Source: an uncultured Spirochaetales bacterium (GTDB lineage: Bacteria > Spirochaetota > Spirochaetia > Sphaerochaetales > Sphaerochaetaceae). Taken from it: DNA of 64,000 nt. The position numbers were made by a program, and so were the translations under genes. The notes beneath the pieces were generated by a model. The model was not told the origin of the DNA. It worked only from the letters and a program-made list of their open reading frames with translations, and did not search any database. Location of the stretch: assembly GCA_949293595.1 (NCBI GenBank), contig CASFDW010000003.1, positions 8,685 to 72,684 on the forward strand, given 5' to 3'. Positions 38,803 through 48,107 of this stretch are shown here, piece by piece (the stretch's first letter is position 1; each line of letters begins with the position of its first letter).

Positions 38803-40332
38803 ATGAATCCATTATTTTACCTCCTATGTTGTGTAATCGGTATCGCCGTCGGCTATGTCGGCCGTTGGATATACGCTAAGTTTAAGCTCACAAGCGCCGA
38901 GCAGCAGGCCGTAAGGGTCGGGCAGGAAGCCCAGGTCAAGGCCGAGGCAAAGGCGAAGGAGCTTATCCTTGAAACCCGTGAGACGCTGCAAAAGGAACAG
39001 CAGCAGAACGAGCGGGAGGCAAGAGAGAGAAGACTGGAACTGCAGAAGAACGAGAGAAGGCTTCTGCAGAAGGAGATGAATCTCGAACACAAGCAGAACG
39101 AGCTTGATGCGATCAAAAGACAACTGGGAGAATTGGAAACTGCTATCCAGGATCGTGAGAAGATGGTCCAGGATAAGGAAAAGACACTTGTGGAGGAGCT
39201 TGAGAAAGTTGCCTCAATGAGCCGGGAGGAGGCGAAGAACCTCATCATCGAGGAGATGAAGGCCGAGGCCCAGCATGACGGACAGGTCTACATCAACAAG
39301 ATAGAGAGCGAGACGCAGCTTCAGGCGGACAAGCTTGCGCGTGACATCATCGTGACGAGCATACAGCGTCTTGCCACGGAGGTGTCCGGTGAGATAACGA
39401 CCTCGTCCGTATCACTTCCCAGCGATGAGATGAAAGGAAGGATCATCGGCAGGGAAGGAAGGAACATACGGACCTTGGAGACCCTTACCGGAGTGGATAT
39501 AATCATCGACGATACCCCGGAGGCCGTCGTGATATCCTGCTTCGATCCTGTAAGGAAGGAAATCGCGCGCGTCGCCCTTGAACGCCTCGTACAGGACGGC
39601 AGGATACATCCGGCACGCATCGAGGAGGTGGTGAACAAGGTCAGCAAGGAGGTCGGGAGGATAATCAACGACGAGGGTGAGAAGGTTGTCTTCGATCTTG
39701 GCTTCCACAACATGGGGCCGGAGCTGATCAGGGCCCTCGGCCGCCTCCACTTCAGAACAAGCTACGGGCAGAACGTTCTTCTCCATTCCAAGGAGGTCGC
39801 AATCCTTGCCGGCATGATCGCAAGCGAGGTCGGTGCCGATACGGAGATTGCGAAACGCGGAGGCCTGCTGCATGATATAGGAAAGGGTGCGGAGACCGAG
39901 AGCGACAGCAACCATGCGGAACTTGGTGCAGAGCTTGTAAAGAGGCTAGGAGAGGATCCCCGTGTCGTCAACTGCGTGCTCTCCCACCACAACGATGTCG
40001 AGCCAACGTGCATAGAGGCCATCATAGTGCAGATTGCGGATGCGATTTCCGCGGCACGGCCGGGAGCCCGCAGGGAATCGTTGGACAACTATATCAAGCG
40101 TCTGGAGTCTCTGGAGAACATTGCGAAGGGCTTCGACGGGGTGGAGAACGCCTATGCCATCCAGGCTGGCCGCGAACTCCGGATCCTCGTCAACAGCGAG
40201 GAGGTCTCCGACGAGAAATCTCGTGAGATCGCCCTAGGCATAGCCCAGAGGATAGAAGCCGAGCTCAGATACCCTGGAAAGATCAAGGTGACGATCATCA
40301 GGGAATACAGGATCGTGGAGTACGCAAGATAG
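38803..40332 (+). CDS. rny: ribonuclease Y
   Basis: N-terminal TM helix, coiled coil, KH domain (GRIIGREGRNIRTLETLTGVDIIIDD) and HD domain (LLHDIGK). ATG at 38803 with GAGGAGGA RBS. Confidence 0.95.
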   Translation: MNPLFYLLCCVIGIAVGYVGRWIYAKFKLTSAEQQAVRVGQEAQVKAEAKAKELILETRETLQKEQQQNEREARERRLELQKNERRLLQKEMNLEHKQNELDAIKRQLGELETAIQDREKMVQDKEKTLVEELEKVASMSREEAKNLIIEEMKAEAQHDGQVYINKIESETQLQADKLARDIIVTSIQRLATEVSGEITTSSVSLPSDEMKGRIIGREGRNIRTLETLTGVDIIIDDTPEAVVISCFDPVRKEIARVALERLVQDGRIHPARIEEVVNKVSKEVGRIINDEGEKVVFDLGFHNMGPELIRALGRLHFRTSYGQNVLLHSKEVAILAGMIASEVGADTEIAKRGGLLHDIGKGAETESDSNHAELGAELVKRLGEDPRVVNCVLSHHNDVEPTCIEAIIVQIADAISAARPGARRESLDNYIKRLESLENIAKGFDGVENAYAIQAGRELRILVNSEEVSDEKSREIALGIAQRIEAELRYPGKIKVTIIREYRIVEYAR

Positions 40333-41102
40333 TGGCAAAAACCGTCAGAGTGATGCTGTTGGGGGACATATCGGGATCCCCCGGCATGGGAGCCCTGTTT
40401 TTGGGGCTCTCTTCGTTTGCAACGCAGGAAAAAATAGACTTCATCATAGCCAACGGGGAAAATGCCTCCGGAGGGTTCGGCATCGGACTCCAGGAGTTCG
40501 ACATGCTCTCGAAGCTGGGTGTCGATGTGATAACCAGCGGCAACCATATATGGCAGAAGGATGAGATATACACGGTCCTTGAAAGAGGGGACAGGCTCAT
40601 TCGTCCGATCAACTATCCCGAAGGGACGATCGGATCCGGGATCCTTGTCAAGAACGGGATTGCGGTGATCAACGCCCAGGGCCGGATGTCGATGACTCCC
40701 ATCGACTGTCCGTTCAAAGTCGTGGGCGAGGCTGTGGAGCGGCTCCGCAGGCAGACAAAGCTCATATTCGTCGATTTCCATGCCGAGCATACAGAAGAGA
40801 AGGAGGCCCTTGCGTTCAATCTGGACGGAAGGGTCACCTGTGTGGCCGGCACGCACACGCATGTCCAGACCGCTGATGAGAAGATTCTCCCGGGAGGGAC
40901 GGCATACATAACCGACCTGGGACTGACCGGGGTGCAGGACGGCGTGATAGGAAGCAGGGAGGACAAGGCCGTGGAGCGCATGCTCACCCAGCTTCCGATA
41001 AAAAGCGAGGTCAAGGAAGGCAAGGGATATATGCAGGGTGTGATAGTCGAGGCGGATGCGGAGACCGGTAAGGCCCTTTCCATAAGAAGGTTCACGAAAT
41101 AG
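40332..41102 (+). CDS. ymdB: YmdB-type metallophosphoesterase (TIGR00282 family)
   Basis: 256 aa with motifs LLGDISGSPG, NGENASGGFG, GNHIW and GTHTHVQTAD. The GTG start overlaps the rny stop (taGTG). rny-ymdB pairing is as in Bacillus. Confidence 0.88.
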   Translation: MAKTVRVMLLGDISGSPGMGALFLGLSSFATQEKIDFIIANGENASGGFGIGLQEFDMLSKLGVDVITSGNHIWQKDEIYTVLERGDRLIRPINYPEGTIGSGILVKNGIAVINAQGRMSMTPIDCPFKVVGEAVERLRRQTKLIFVDFHAEHTEEKEALAFNLDGRVTCVAGTHTHVQTADEKILPGGTAYITDLGLTGVQDGVIGSREDKAVERMLTQLPIKSEVKEGKGYMQGVIVEADAETGKALSIRRFTK

Positions 41103-41104
41103 GA

Positions 41105-41626
41105 TCAGCCGATTATTTCCTTTCCGACCATTACGGCGACCCTGAGATGCGGATACGCATTGTTCAGGGTCTCTTTTATCTGTGTTACGGCCTTCCCCGT
41201 GTCAGGGGAGTCCAAAAAACGCTCGGACAGTGATACGAAGCATATGTTGTTCTTTTCGCTTATCCCTATGAGCCGTGTCCGTTCTGGAATGTATGTTATC
41301 AGGCCTGCGGCGAGGTCGTCCTCGTCCGGCCCGCCCAAAAGCGCCTCCAGCATCATGTGCTTATCATCGGTGAAGCCTTTCTTCACTTCAAGGTCACGGA
41401 TCCGCGGGCCGTCTATTGAGTACAGGGCGCAGGCGTATGTGTCCTTCTCCTCTTTCCACAGGGTGCTGAAATAAAGGGACGCCTTCTGCCTGTATCCTCC
41501 GTTTTCAAGGTTTGCTATTATCATCGGTCTGAAGACCACCGTGAGGACCAGCATGAAAAGCACATAGCCCATGAGCAGGAACAGTGTCGTTCTGGCATGG
41601 TAGCCCAATTCCTTTTTCTTCGCCAT
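41105..41626 (-). CDS. GerMN domain-containing membrane-anchored protein
   Basis: 173 aa with an N-terminal TM helix followed by a GerMN-like region (MLEALLGGPDEDDLAAGLITYIPERTRL). Confidence 0.6.
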   Translation of the reverse strand: MAKKKELGYHARTTLFLLMGYVLFMLVLTVVFRPMIIANLENGGYRQKASLYFSTLWKEEKDTYACALYSIDGPRIRDLEVKKGFTDDKHMMLEALLGGPDEDDLAAGLITYIPERTRLIGISEKNNICFVSLSERFLDSPDTGKAVTQIKETLNNAYPHLRVAVMVGKEIIG

Positions 41627-41753
41627 ATCGGATGTATTCTACCATACCATCGGACCTTTGTGCAAAAGGGAGGGGACGTGCCGTCGTTTTTAACTCGTTT
41701 TCCTGCAGTATTTTCCCTTTGCACTGATGTCTTTATTTAGTTAATATAAACCT

Positions 41754-43475
41754 ATGACAGAATTTGAAGCCATTGCTGCTGCAGAAGGCCGTGCCAGGGG
41801 AAAGGCCTTTGTTTTCCGCCATGACGAGATGGTGGTGCCGCATTTTCATGTGGAAAAAGGCGGTGTGGAGAAGGAGGTTTCCTCGTTGCATGAGGCTTTT
41901 TCATCTGTCAGGAAATACTGTGCCGGACAACTTGAGAAAGCAGTGTCCGACAGTGAGAAGGCCCTCTATTCGGTCCAGATGCTCATGCTCGACGACCCGG
42001 AATGGCTTGCTGCGATCGAACGGTGCATAAAGGAGGACCTTTACAATGCCGCGTGGGCGGTGGAAAGCGCGACGGACGAGATTGTCAGGGTGCTTTCCTC
42101 CGTCGGCGACGAGTACATGAAGGAACGCATCATAGACATAGTCGACATGCAGAAGGCCGTTACCGGGGAGCTGACGGGCAAGGTCCGGCAGCATATAAGG
42201 CTTTCACGGGATGTGGTGCTGGTCGCCGATCATCTGCTTACAAGCGAGCTGCTGGCCCTCGAGGGCATCCAGCATCTCAAGGCCATATGCCTGGACATGG
42301 GTGGCAAGACAAGCCATGTCTCGATCCTTGCGAAGGGCTGGGGCATCCCCGCCGTTGTCGGTCTGAAGGATTTCTCGCTTCTGGTCAAGGAGGGGGAGGA
42401 CGTGATTGTCGACGGGACGGAAGGCAGGGTGTACGCATCTCCGAACAGAAAGCAGATAGCGCTGTATGAGAGGAAAAGGCTCGAGGAGGAGGCAGAGAAC
42501 GCCCGGCTCATAAAGGAAGCCGGCATCCTGGCACGTACCGCGGACGGGGTGAGGATCGTCCTGCAGGCAAATGTCGAGGACCGTGCCGGTGTCGGAGATG
42601 CCATAAAGGCGGGATGCGAGGGAGTCGGTCTTTTCCGGACGGAGTTTTTGGAGATGAAATACGGGGCGACGGAGGATTTCTCCGTGCGCGAGGGTATATA
42701 CGACGAGGTTGCCGGCAGCATGGAGGGCCATGGCAAGGTAACTTTCAGGACGCTTGACATCGGCGGTGACAAGTTTTTGGACGGGATGAGCAGCCAGGAG
42801 GACAACCCGTTGCTGGGATGGCGTGCGGTGAGGTTCTGCCTGGACCGCAGGGAATTGTTCAGAAGCCAGATGCTGTCGATCCTCAAGGCTTCCAGACATG
42901 GCAACGTCAGGATCATGTTCCCGATGATTTCCACCATCGAGGAGCTTGAGGAATGCCTTGCCCTTCTGGATGAGGCCAAGCACTGTCTGGAGGACAGGAG
43001 GATACCGTTCGACAGGAACATGGAGGTCGGCACGATGATCGAGGTCCCCTCCGCCGCGTTGATTTCGGATGCGTTGGCGGAAAAGGTGGATTTCGTGAGC
43101 ATAGGCACCAACGACCTCGTGCAGTATGTGCTTGCGGTCGATCGAGGCAATGAAAGGATAAGCCATCTGTACAGGGCCGAGCATCCTGCTGTGCTCAGGC
43201 TTCTGAAGATGGTGGTGGACAACTGCCACGGAAAGGGTGTGCCCGTGGGTGTGTGCGGACAGATAGCAGGCGATGCCGGGATGCTTCCGCTTCTTGTCGG
43301 ACTTGGCTTCGATTCGTTGAGCATGCCGCCGCTTTCGGTCGGACGGGTGAAGGAGCGGCTGTCGAGGATGGTGAAGCCCGATTGCGAGAAATTGGTAAAT
43401 AATGTACTCTCAATGAATAGCCATGAAAAGGTGGCTGCAATGCTGAAGGAATTCAACGATGGGCGAAAAACTTGA
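41754..43475 (+). CDS. ptsI: phosphoenolpyruvate-protein phosphotransferase (PTS enzyme I)
   Basis: 573 aa with the active-site His region GGKTSHVSILAKGWGIPAVVG and the C-terminal PEP-utilising motif SIGTNDLVQY. Confidence 0.92.
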   Translation: MTEFEAIAAAEGRARGKAFVFRHDEMVVPHFHVEKGGVEKEVSSLHEAFSSVRKYCAGQLEKAVSDSEKALYSVQMLMLDDPEWLAAIERCIKEDLYNAAWAVESATDEIVRVLSSVGDEYMKERIIDIVDMQKAVTGELTGKVRQHIRLSRDVVLVADHLLTSELLALEGIQHLKAICLDMGGKTSHVSILAKGWGIPAVVGLKDFSLLVKEGEDVIVDGTEGRVYASPNRKQIALYERKRLEEEAENARLIKEAGILARTADGVRIVLQANVEDRAGVGDAIKAGCEGVGLFRTEFLEMKYGATEDFSVREGIYDEVAGSMEGHGKVTFRTLDIGGDKFLDGMSSQEDNPLLGWRAVRFCLDRRELFRSQMLSILKASRHGNVRIMFPMISTIEELEECLALLDEAKHCLEDRRIPFDRNMEVGTMIEVPSAALISDALAEKVDFVSIGTNDLVQYVLAVDRGNERISHLYRAEHPAVLRLLKMVVDNCHGKGVPVGVCGQIAGDAGMLPLLVGLGFDSLSMPPLSVGRVKERLSRMVKPDCEKLVNNVLSMNSHEKVAAMLKEFNDGRKT

Positions 43476-45009
43476 GATAAAGAACAAGGCCGACATAGAT
43501 ACGGATCTGCCTCTGATTTCAATAATCGGACGGCCGAATGTGGGCAAGAGCACGCTGTTCAACAGGCTGATAGGGGAACGGAGGGCGATAACCGATCCCA
43601 CTCCCGGCGTCACCAGGGATCCGATTCCCGCGAGATATCTTCTAGGGAACCATCCGGTGACACTTGTCGATTCGGGAGGGGTCAAGCTTGAGAGGGAGGG
43701 ACTCGACGAGGCCGTGAGCGAGAAATCCCTTTCCCTCTGCTCCATGAGCGACCTCATCCTTTTTGTGATGGACTGTACCGAAATCACCGGTGAGGACATG
43801 ATGCTCGTCGACGAGCTCAGACCATATGCGGACAAGGTGGTCCTTGTCGTCAACAAGGTGGATGACCCGAAGAGGGACGACCTTGTATGGAACTTTTTCA
43901 GCTACGGTTACCAGAGGGTCGTCGGGATTTCTGCCGCCCATGGACTGGGATTCGAGGAACTCGAGGATACCATGCTCGGCATGCTTTCCCTCGAGCGTCT
44001 CGAGGAGGAGCCCGAGGAGATGGAGACCGTCAAAATCGCGATCATGGGCAAGCCCAACACCGGAAAGAGCACACTGATGAACCTGCTTACCGGACGTGAT
44101 GTCTCGATCGTCTCCGATATCGCCGGAACCACCAGGGATGTGATGAGGGCCACTTTCGAATACAAGGGCACGTGCTACACGCTGCTGGACACCGCCGGCA
44201 TCCGGCGTAAGAGCAAGGTGGATGAGGATGTCGAGTATTATTCTGTGAACCGGGCCATAAAGACGATAGATGAGGCGGATGTCGTTCTGCTGATGGTGGA
44301 TATCAAGGAAGGGCTTGCCGAACAGGATAAGAAGATAGCGCAACTGATAGTCCGCCGCGGCAAGGGCATAATAATCGTGCTCAACAAGGTCGATCTTCTC
44401 AAGGGCATAGCCAACGAGATAGAGGCGGTGAAGGACCGTGTGAGGTTTTTGTTCCCGATCCTTTCTTTCGCTCCCCTCATGCCTATCTCCGCAAAGGAGT
44501 CGATCGATGTAGGCAAGCTGCTCGATTCCGTCTGGGCCGTTTGGCGTCAGCTCAACAAGAGGATAGACACCGCTGTCCTGAACGAGGCATTGAAGGCCTG
44601 GACCTCGGACTACGAACCGCCCAGGGGTGCGGAGGGGCACTACAAGGTGCTGTATGCGACCCAGGTGTCTACCACTCCTGTTCGTTTCCTTCTTTTTGTG
44701 AACAGGATAAAGAACTTTCCAGAGACCTACGTCTCATATGTGAAGAACATGATCAGGAAGGATTTCGGTTTTTCCAACATCCCTGTCGAGATATCCCTGA
44801 GGGAAAGGAGACGGAACCCGAGCCTGAACGAGAAGGGGCCGTCGAAGGACGAGCTTGCCGCCAAGAGGATCGTGTCCAAGTCCGCACCGGCTTCCAGAAG
44901 CCGCGGAATCTCGAATAAACCGGGTGGGAAGGCCCGTGTCTCGAAGGAGATGGAGAAGGCGAGGGCCATTGTCAGGAACAAGAAGCAGGCTTCGAGGAGA
45001 GGAAGATGA
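43459..45009 (+). CDS. der: ribosome biogenesis GTPase Der (EngA) with basic C-terminal extension
   Basis: Two tandem G domains (GRPNVGKSTLFN and GKPNTGKSTLMN), a KH-like domain, then a roughly 66-aa Lys/Arg/Ser-rich tail. Overlaps ptsI by 17 nt. Confidence 0.93.
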   Translation: MGEKLEIKNKADIDTDLPLISIIGRPNVGKSTLFNRLIGERRAITDPTPGVTRDPIPARYLLGNHPVTLVDSGGVKLEREGLDEAVSEKSLSLCSMSDLILFVMDCTEITGEDMMLVDELRPYADKVVLVVNKVDDPKRDDLVWNFFSYGYQRVVGISAAHGLGFEELEDTMLGMLSLERLEEEPEEMETVKIAIMGKPNTGKSTLMNLLTGRDVSIVSDIAGTTRDVMRATFEYKGTCYTLLDTAGIRRKSKVDEDVEYYSVNRAIKTIDEADVVLLMVDIKEGLAEQDKKIAQLIVRRGKGIIIVLNKVDLLKGIANEIEAVKDRVRFLFPILSFAPLMPISAKESIDVGKLLDSVWAVWRQLNKRIDTAVLNEALKAWTSDYEPPRGAEGHYKVLYATQVSTTPVRFLLFVNRIKNFPETYVSYVKNMIRKDFGFSNIPVEISLRERRRNPSLNEKGPSKDELAAKRIVSKSAPASRSRGISNKPGGKARVSKEMEKARAIVRNKKQASRRGR

Positions 45010-45701
45010 GTTTCCTTCAGGACCATGATATTGCCTGCGTTGCGTTCGACATAGACGGCACGCTGTATCCCAAGGGCATTACCGACCGCATACTTGTCAG
45101 GACATCCATCCTGCATCTTCCGTTCGCGCTCAGATATATGAGGATGAGGTCCGCGATAAGGAGGGAGGACGGTTATTCCGACTTTCCGTCGTCAGGAAAG
45201 GAGGATATGCAGGAGAGGGAGTACCGGCTGATGTATCCGGACGGGCTTGCCGGAGGCCTGCAGGCTTTTCTGGACAAGGAAAGGAAGGTGTTCCACGACC
45301 CTTGGCTCAAGGCGTTCTCCTCGATAAGGGGGTATGACGGCGTCGTGGAGGCCTTCAGGCGTCTTTCGTCGATGATGCCCGTGGCGGTGCTGACCGATTT
45401 TCCAATCGGTGTGAAGCTAGAGGCGCTCGGACTTGCTCCATATGTCGGGGTCGCCGTGTCCAGCGAGGATATCGGCAGGTTGAAGCCTAGCGCCTGCTGC
45501 TTCCGTGTCCTCAGCGAGCGGGTCGGAGTCGCGCCCGAGCGCATCCTTTATGTCGGGGACAGCGAGAGGAAGGATGTATTAGGGGCGTTGAATTATAAAA
45601 TGCATGCTGTTCTCATTACTAATGATAGGAAGAAGGCCGCATCGAGCAGGGCGGACATCGTGGTCTCCGGATACGGAGAGCTGATGGACGCTCTTCTTTG
45701 A
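45006..45701 (+). CDS. HAD family hydrolase
   Basis: 231 aa with the DxDxT motif (AFDIDGTLY) and late motif YVGDSERKDVLGA. ATGA overlap with der. Confidence 0.8.
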   Translation: MSFLQDHDIACVAFDIDGTLYPKGITDRILVRTSILHLPFALRYMRMRSAIRREDGYSDFPSSGKEDMQEREYRLMYPDGLAGGLQAFLDKERKVFHDPWLKAFSSIRGYDGVVEAFRRLSSMMPVAVLTDFPIGVKLEALGLAPYVGVAVSSEDIGRLKPSACCFRVLSERVGVAPERILYVGDSERKDVLGALNYKMHAVLITNDRKKAASSRADIVVSGYGELMDALL

Positions 45702-45721
45702 GGCCGGGGAGGGGAGAGAGA

Positions 45722-47368
45722 ATGTCTTTCAGTGTCATATTGTCGATCGTGCTGTTTGTTCTGTCCATGCTCATCTTTTTTTCGGTGCGCTCAAGTGACA
45801 AGAAGTCGCGCAGCCTGGCCAACGTCAACACCCAGATCAAAAGCTTCAGGGGTGAGGTTTCCGCAACCACACAGCGCCTTCTGACCACGGCCCAGGACTG
45901 TACCGACAATGTCAACAGCCATATCGAGAAGGCCAGGAACCTTGTCGACATAATCAATTCGTCGCTGGACAAGCTTGCCCAGCATGAGAAGGATCTTTCC
46001 CGTCTCCAGGGAGTGTGCGTCACATACTCCAGGGCGCTCGAGAAGCTGAAGGTCCAGACCGACCAGGCCGAGAACAGGGTGCTTGCCGTCCAGCAGGAGG
46101 TCAGGAAGGCCGAGACCATCACTACCTTTGTGAAGAACTTCCACGAGGAGACGGAGCTGCTCGTCAACCAGATGCAGGATCTCAAGGCCGATTATGTCCG
46201 TCTTGTGACATCCACCCAGGAGAGCCTCAAGCAGCAGGCCGCGCTGCAGAAAAAGGAGAACAGCGAGATGCTTTCCGCCTTCCAGTCCGTCATCGAAAGG
46301 CAGAAGGCCCAGTTTGTCGAGTTCGTGAACGTTGAGAAGCAGGGGTTCTCGCGCGAATGTGCGGAGCAGGAGAGGATCGCCGAGGCGAATACTGAGAAGA
46401 TACGCGCATCGCGCGAGGAGGTGGACGAGGCGGTGCGCAATGCCTCCGCAGCCGTTTCCTCCCTCAAGGAAAGCTGCAGGGCGTTCATCGATGCCGCCGG
46501 AGAGGACGGCAAGAGGCTCAAGCAGGACCTGAACGATTCGCTCTCCGGCATACAGGAGGTTTTCGCCCAGTGGAAGGAGAAGCTGGACCAGAAGGCCGAC
46601 GAGGCCTCCGCACGGCTTGCCCAGGCTTTCGACCAGGCCTATGCCTCATTCACGGAGAAGAAGCTTGAGAGCGAGGCCGATGCTGATACCAAGGCCGAGG
46701 ACATAGAGAGGAGGATAAACTCCAAGGAAGCCGAGATAAAGGATTCCGTAGAGGAGGCCATGCGCCAGATCGATGACAGGATACATACGCTGAACAAGGA
46801 GAAGGATGCCTATACGGAGAAGGCCCGAAGCGGCTACAGGGCTGCGCTTGTGGCTGAGCTCGAGGAGGTAAACGGACGTTACGAGGCGATCAGGAACGGC
46901 ATAGCCGAGCAGATTTCCAATCTTGCCGACCGTGCCAGGGATACCAGGGAAACCGTGTCTCTTCTCAGACAGGGCGAGGACAGGAAGATAGGCGAGACCG
47001 TTGCCGCGCTCAAGGACCTAGGTGACAAGATAGCATCGTCGGAGGCTCTGCTGTCCACGATCCAGGAGCAGGTCACCCAGGGCAAGCAGGAGCTTTACGA
47101 GATGCAGCAGAACCACGGCCGCATGGTCGGGATGATCAGCGATGCCCAGAAGGAGCTCGACAAGGCCGAGGAGGACATAAGGAACGCCAAGGAGGAGAAG
47201 ATCAGGCAGGAGGCGGAGGCGGTCAAGCTGAAGCTTGAGAATGCGAGGCAGGAGAGCCTGAAGCCCGTCGAGGGGAAGAAGAGCAGGGCCGAATCCATAA
47301 TACAGGAATTCCCCGAGGACATATTCATCGGGGACGAGGAGGAGATCGACCTTTCCGACGACGAGTAG
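45722..47368 (+). CDS. membrane-anchored long coiled-coil protein (hypothetical)
   Basis: 548 aa from the ATG at 45722. It has one N-terminal TM helix (MSFSVILSIVLFVLSMLIFFSV), then about 500 aa of heptad-like Glu/Lys/Gln/Ala-rich sequence and an acidic tail (EEEIDLSDDE). GGGGAGAGAG RBS. Confidence 0.7.
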   Translation: MSFSVILSIVLFVLSMLIFFSVRSSDKKSRSLANVNTQIKSFRGEVSATTQRLLTTAQDCTDNVNSHIEKARNLVDIINSSLDKLAQHEKDLSRLQGVCVTYSRALEKLKVQTDQAENRVLAVQQEVRKAETITTFVKNFHEETELLVNQMQDLKADYVRLVTSTQESLKQQAALQKKENSEMLSAFQSVIERQKAQFVEFVNVEKQGFSRECAEQERIAEANTEKIRASREEVDEAVRNASAAVSSLKESCRAFIDAAGEDGKRLKQDLNDSLSGIQEVFAQWKEKLDQKADEASARLAQAFDQAYASFTEKKLESEADADTKAEDIERRINSKEAEIKDSVEEAMRQIDDRIHTLNKEKDAYTEKARSGYRAALVAELEEVNGRYEAIRNGIAEQISNLADRARDTRETVSLLRQGEDRKIGETVAALKDLGDKIASSEALLSTIQEQVTQGKQELYEMQQNHGRMVGMISDAQKELDKAEEDIRNAKEEKIRQEAEAVKLKLENARQESLKPVEGKKSRAESIIQEFPEDIFIGDEEEIDLSDDE

Positions 47369-47407
47369 TCACTTGACGCTTTCCGAGGTGGTTGTTATTT
47401 TCAGTTT

Positions 47408-47431
47408 AGGCCGGGTTCATCCGGCCTTTAT
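47408..47431 (+). terminator. weak terminator-like hairpin between the coiled-coil gene and grpE
   Basis: Stem AGGCCGG/CCGGCCT with loop GTTCAT, followed by TTAT. Confidence 0.4.
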
Positions 47432-47444
47432 CAGGTGAAACGGT

Positions 47445-48023
47445 ATGGACAAGAAGAAAGAAGAAGAAAAGGAAATCATTGAGGAGGACCTGGACCAGGT
47501 TGTGGAGCAGGATGCTTCCGGGGATACCGGGAAGGAGGAGAAGGACGACAGCAAGGAGCTTCTGGACAGGATCGACGGACTGGAGAAGGAGCTTTCCGAG
47601 TTGAAGGACAAGATGCTCCGTCAGGCCGCTGAGACCGAGAATTACCGCAAAAGGCTTCTGAAGGACAAGGAGAACGCCGTCAAGTTCGCCAACGAAGCCA
47701 TGGTCAAGGATCTTCTGGATCCGCTTGATAATTTCTCACGCGCCATAAGGTCGGCCAATGAAAACAAGGATTTCGACGGGCTCAAGAGCGGCATCTCCAT
47801 GGTCGAGGACCAGCTGCTTTCCATCCTTAGGACGAACTGGGGGCTCGAGCCCATAGATGCCGAAGGCAAACCGTTCGATCCTTCCGAAATGGAGGCATAC
47901 GCCGCCGAGGAGCAGGAGGGGCTTGAGGAGGAGACCGTCCTGATGGTGTTCCAGCAGGGATACAAACTTCATGGAAAGGTGATAAGAAGCGCAAAGGTGA
48001 AGGTGGGCAAGCCGAAAGCTTGA
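47445..48023 (+). CDS. grpE: nucleotide exchange factor GrpE
   Basis: 192 aa with an acidic N-terminus and GrpE core (AETENYRKRLLKDKE...). Immediately upstream of dnaK. Confidence 0.93.
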   Translation: MDKKKEEEKEIIEEDLDQVVEQDASGDTGKEEKDDSKELLDRIDGLEKELSELKDKMLRQAAETENYRKRLLKDKENAVKFANEAMVKDLLDPLDNFSRAIRSANENKDFDGLKSGISMVEDQLLSILRTNWGLEPIDAEGKPFDPSEMEAYAAEEQEGLEEETVLMVFQQGYKLHGKVIRSAKVKVGKPKA

Positions 48024-48107
48024 CGATTTTTGCCATCGTTATTATTTTTGCAAGTGTGGGATCCCCGATCCTGCATTTAAACTGTTAATTTTTGGGAGAA
48101 TATAAAA

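Noticed and set aside
41660-41724. Imperfect inverted repeat GTGCAAAAGGGA / TCCCTTTGCAC in the GerMN-ptsI divergent spacer.
   Set aside because: The arms differ by an indel, the roughly 40-nt loop is unstructured, and either strand could be transcribed. This is too weak to call a regulatory element.
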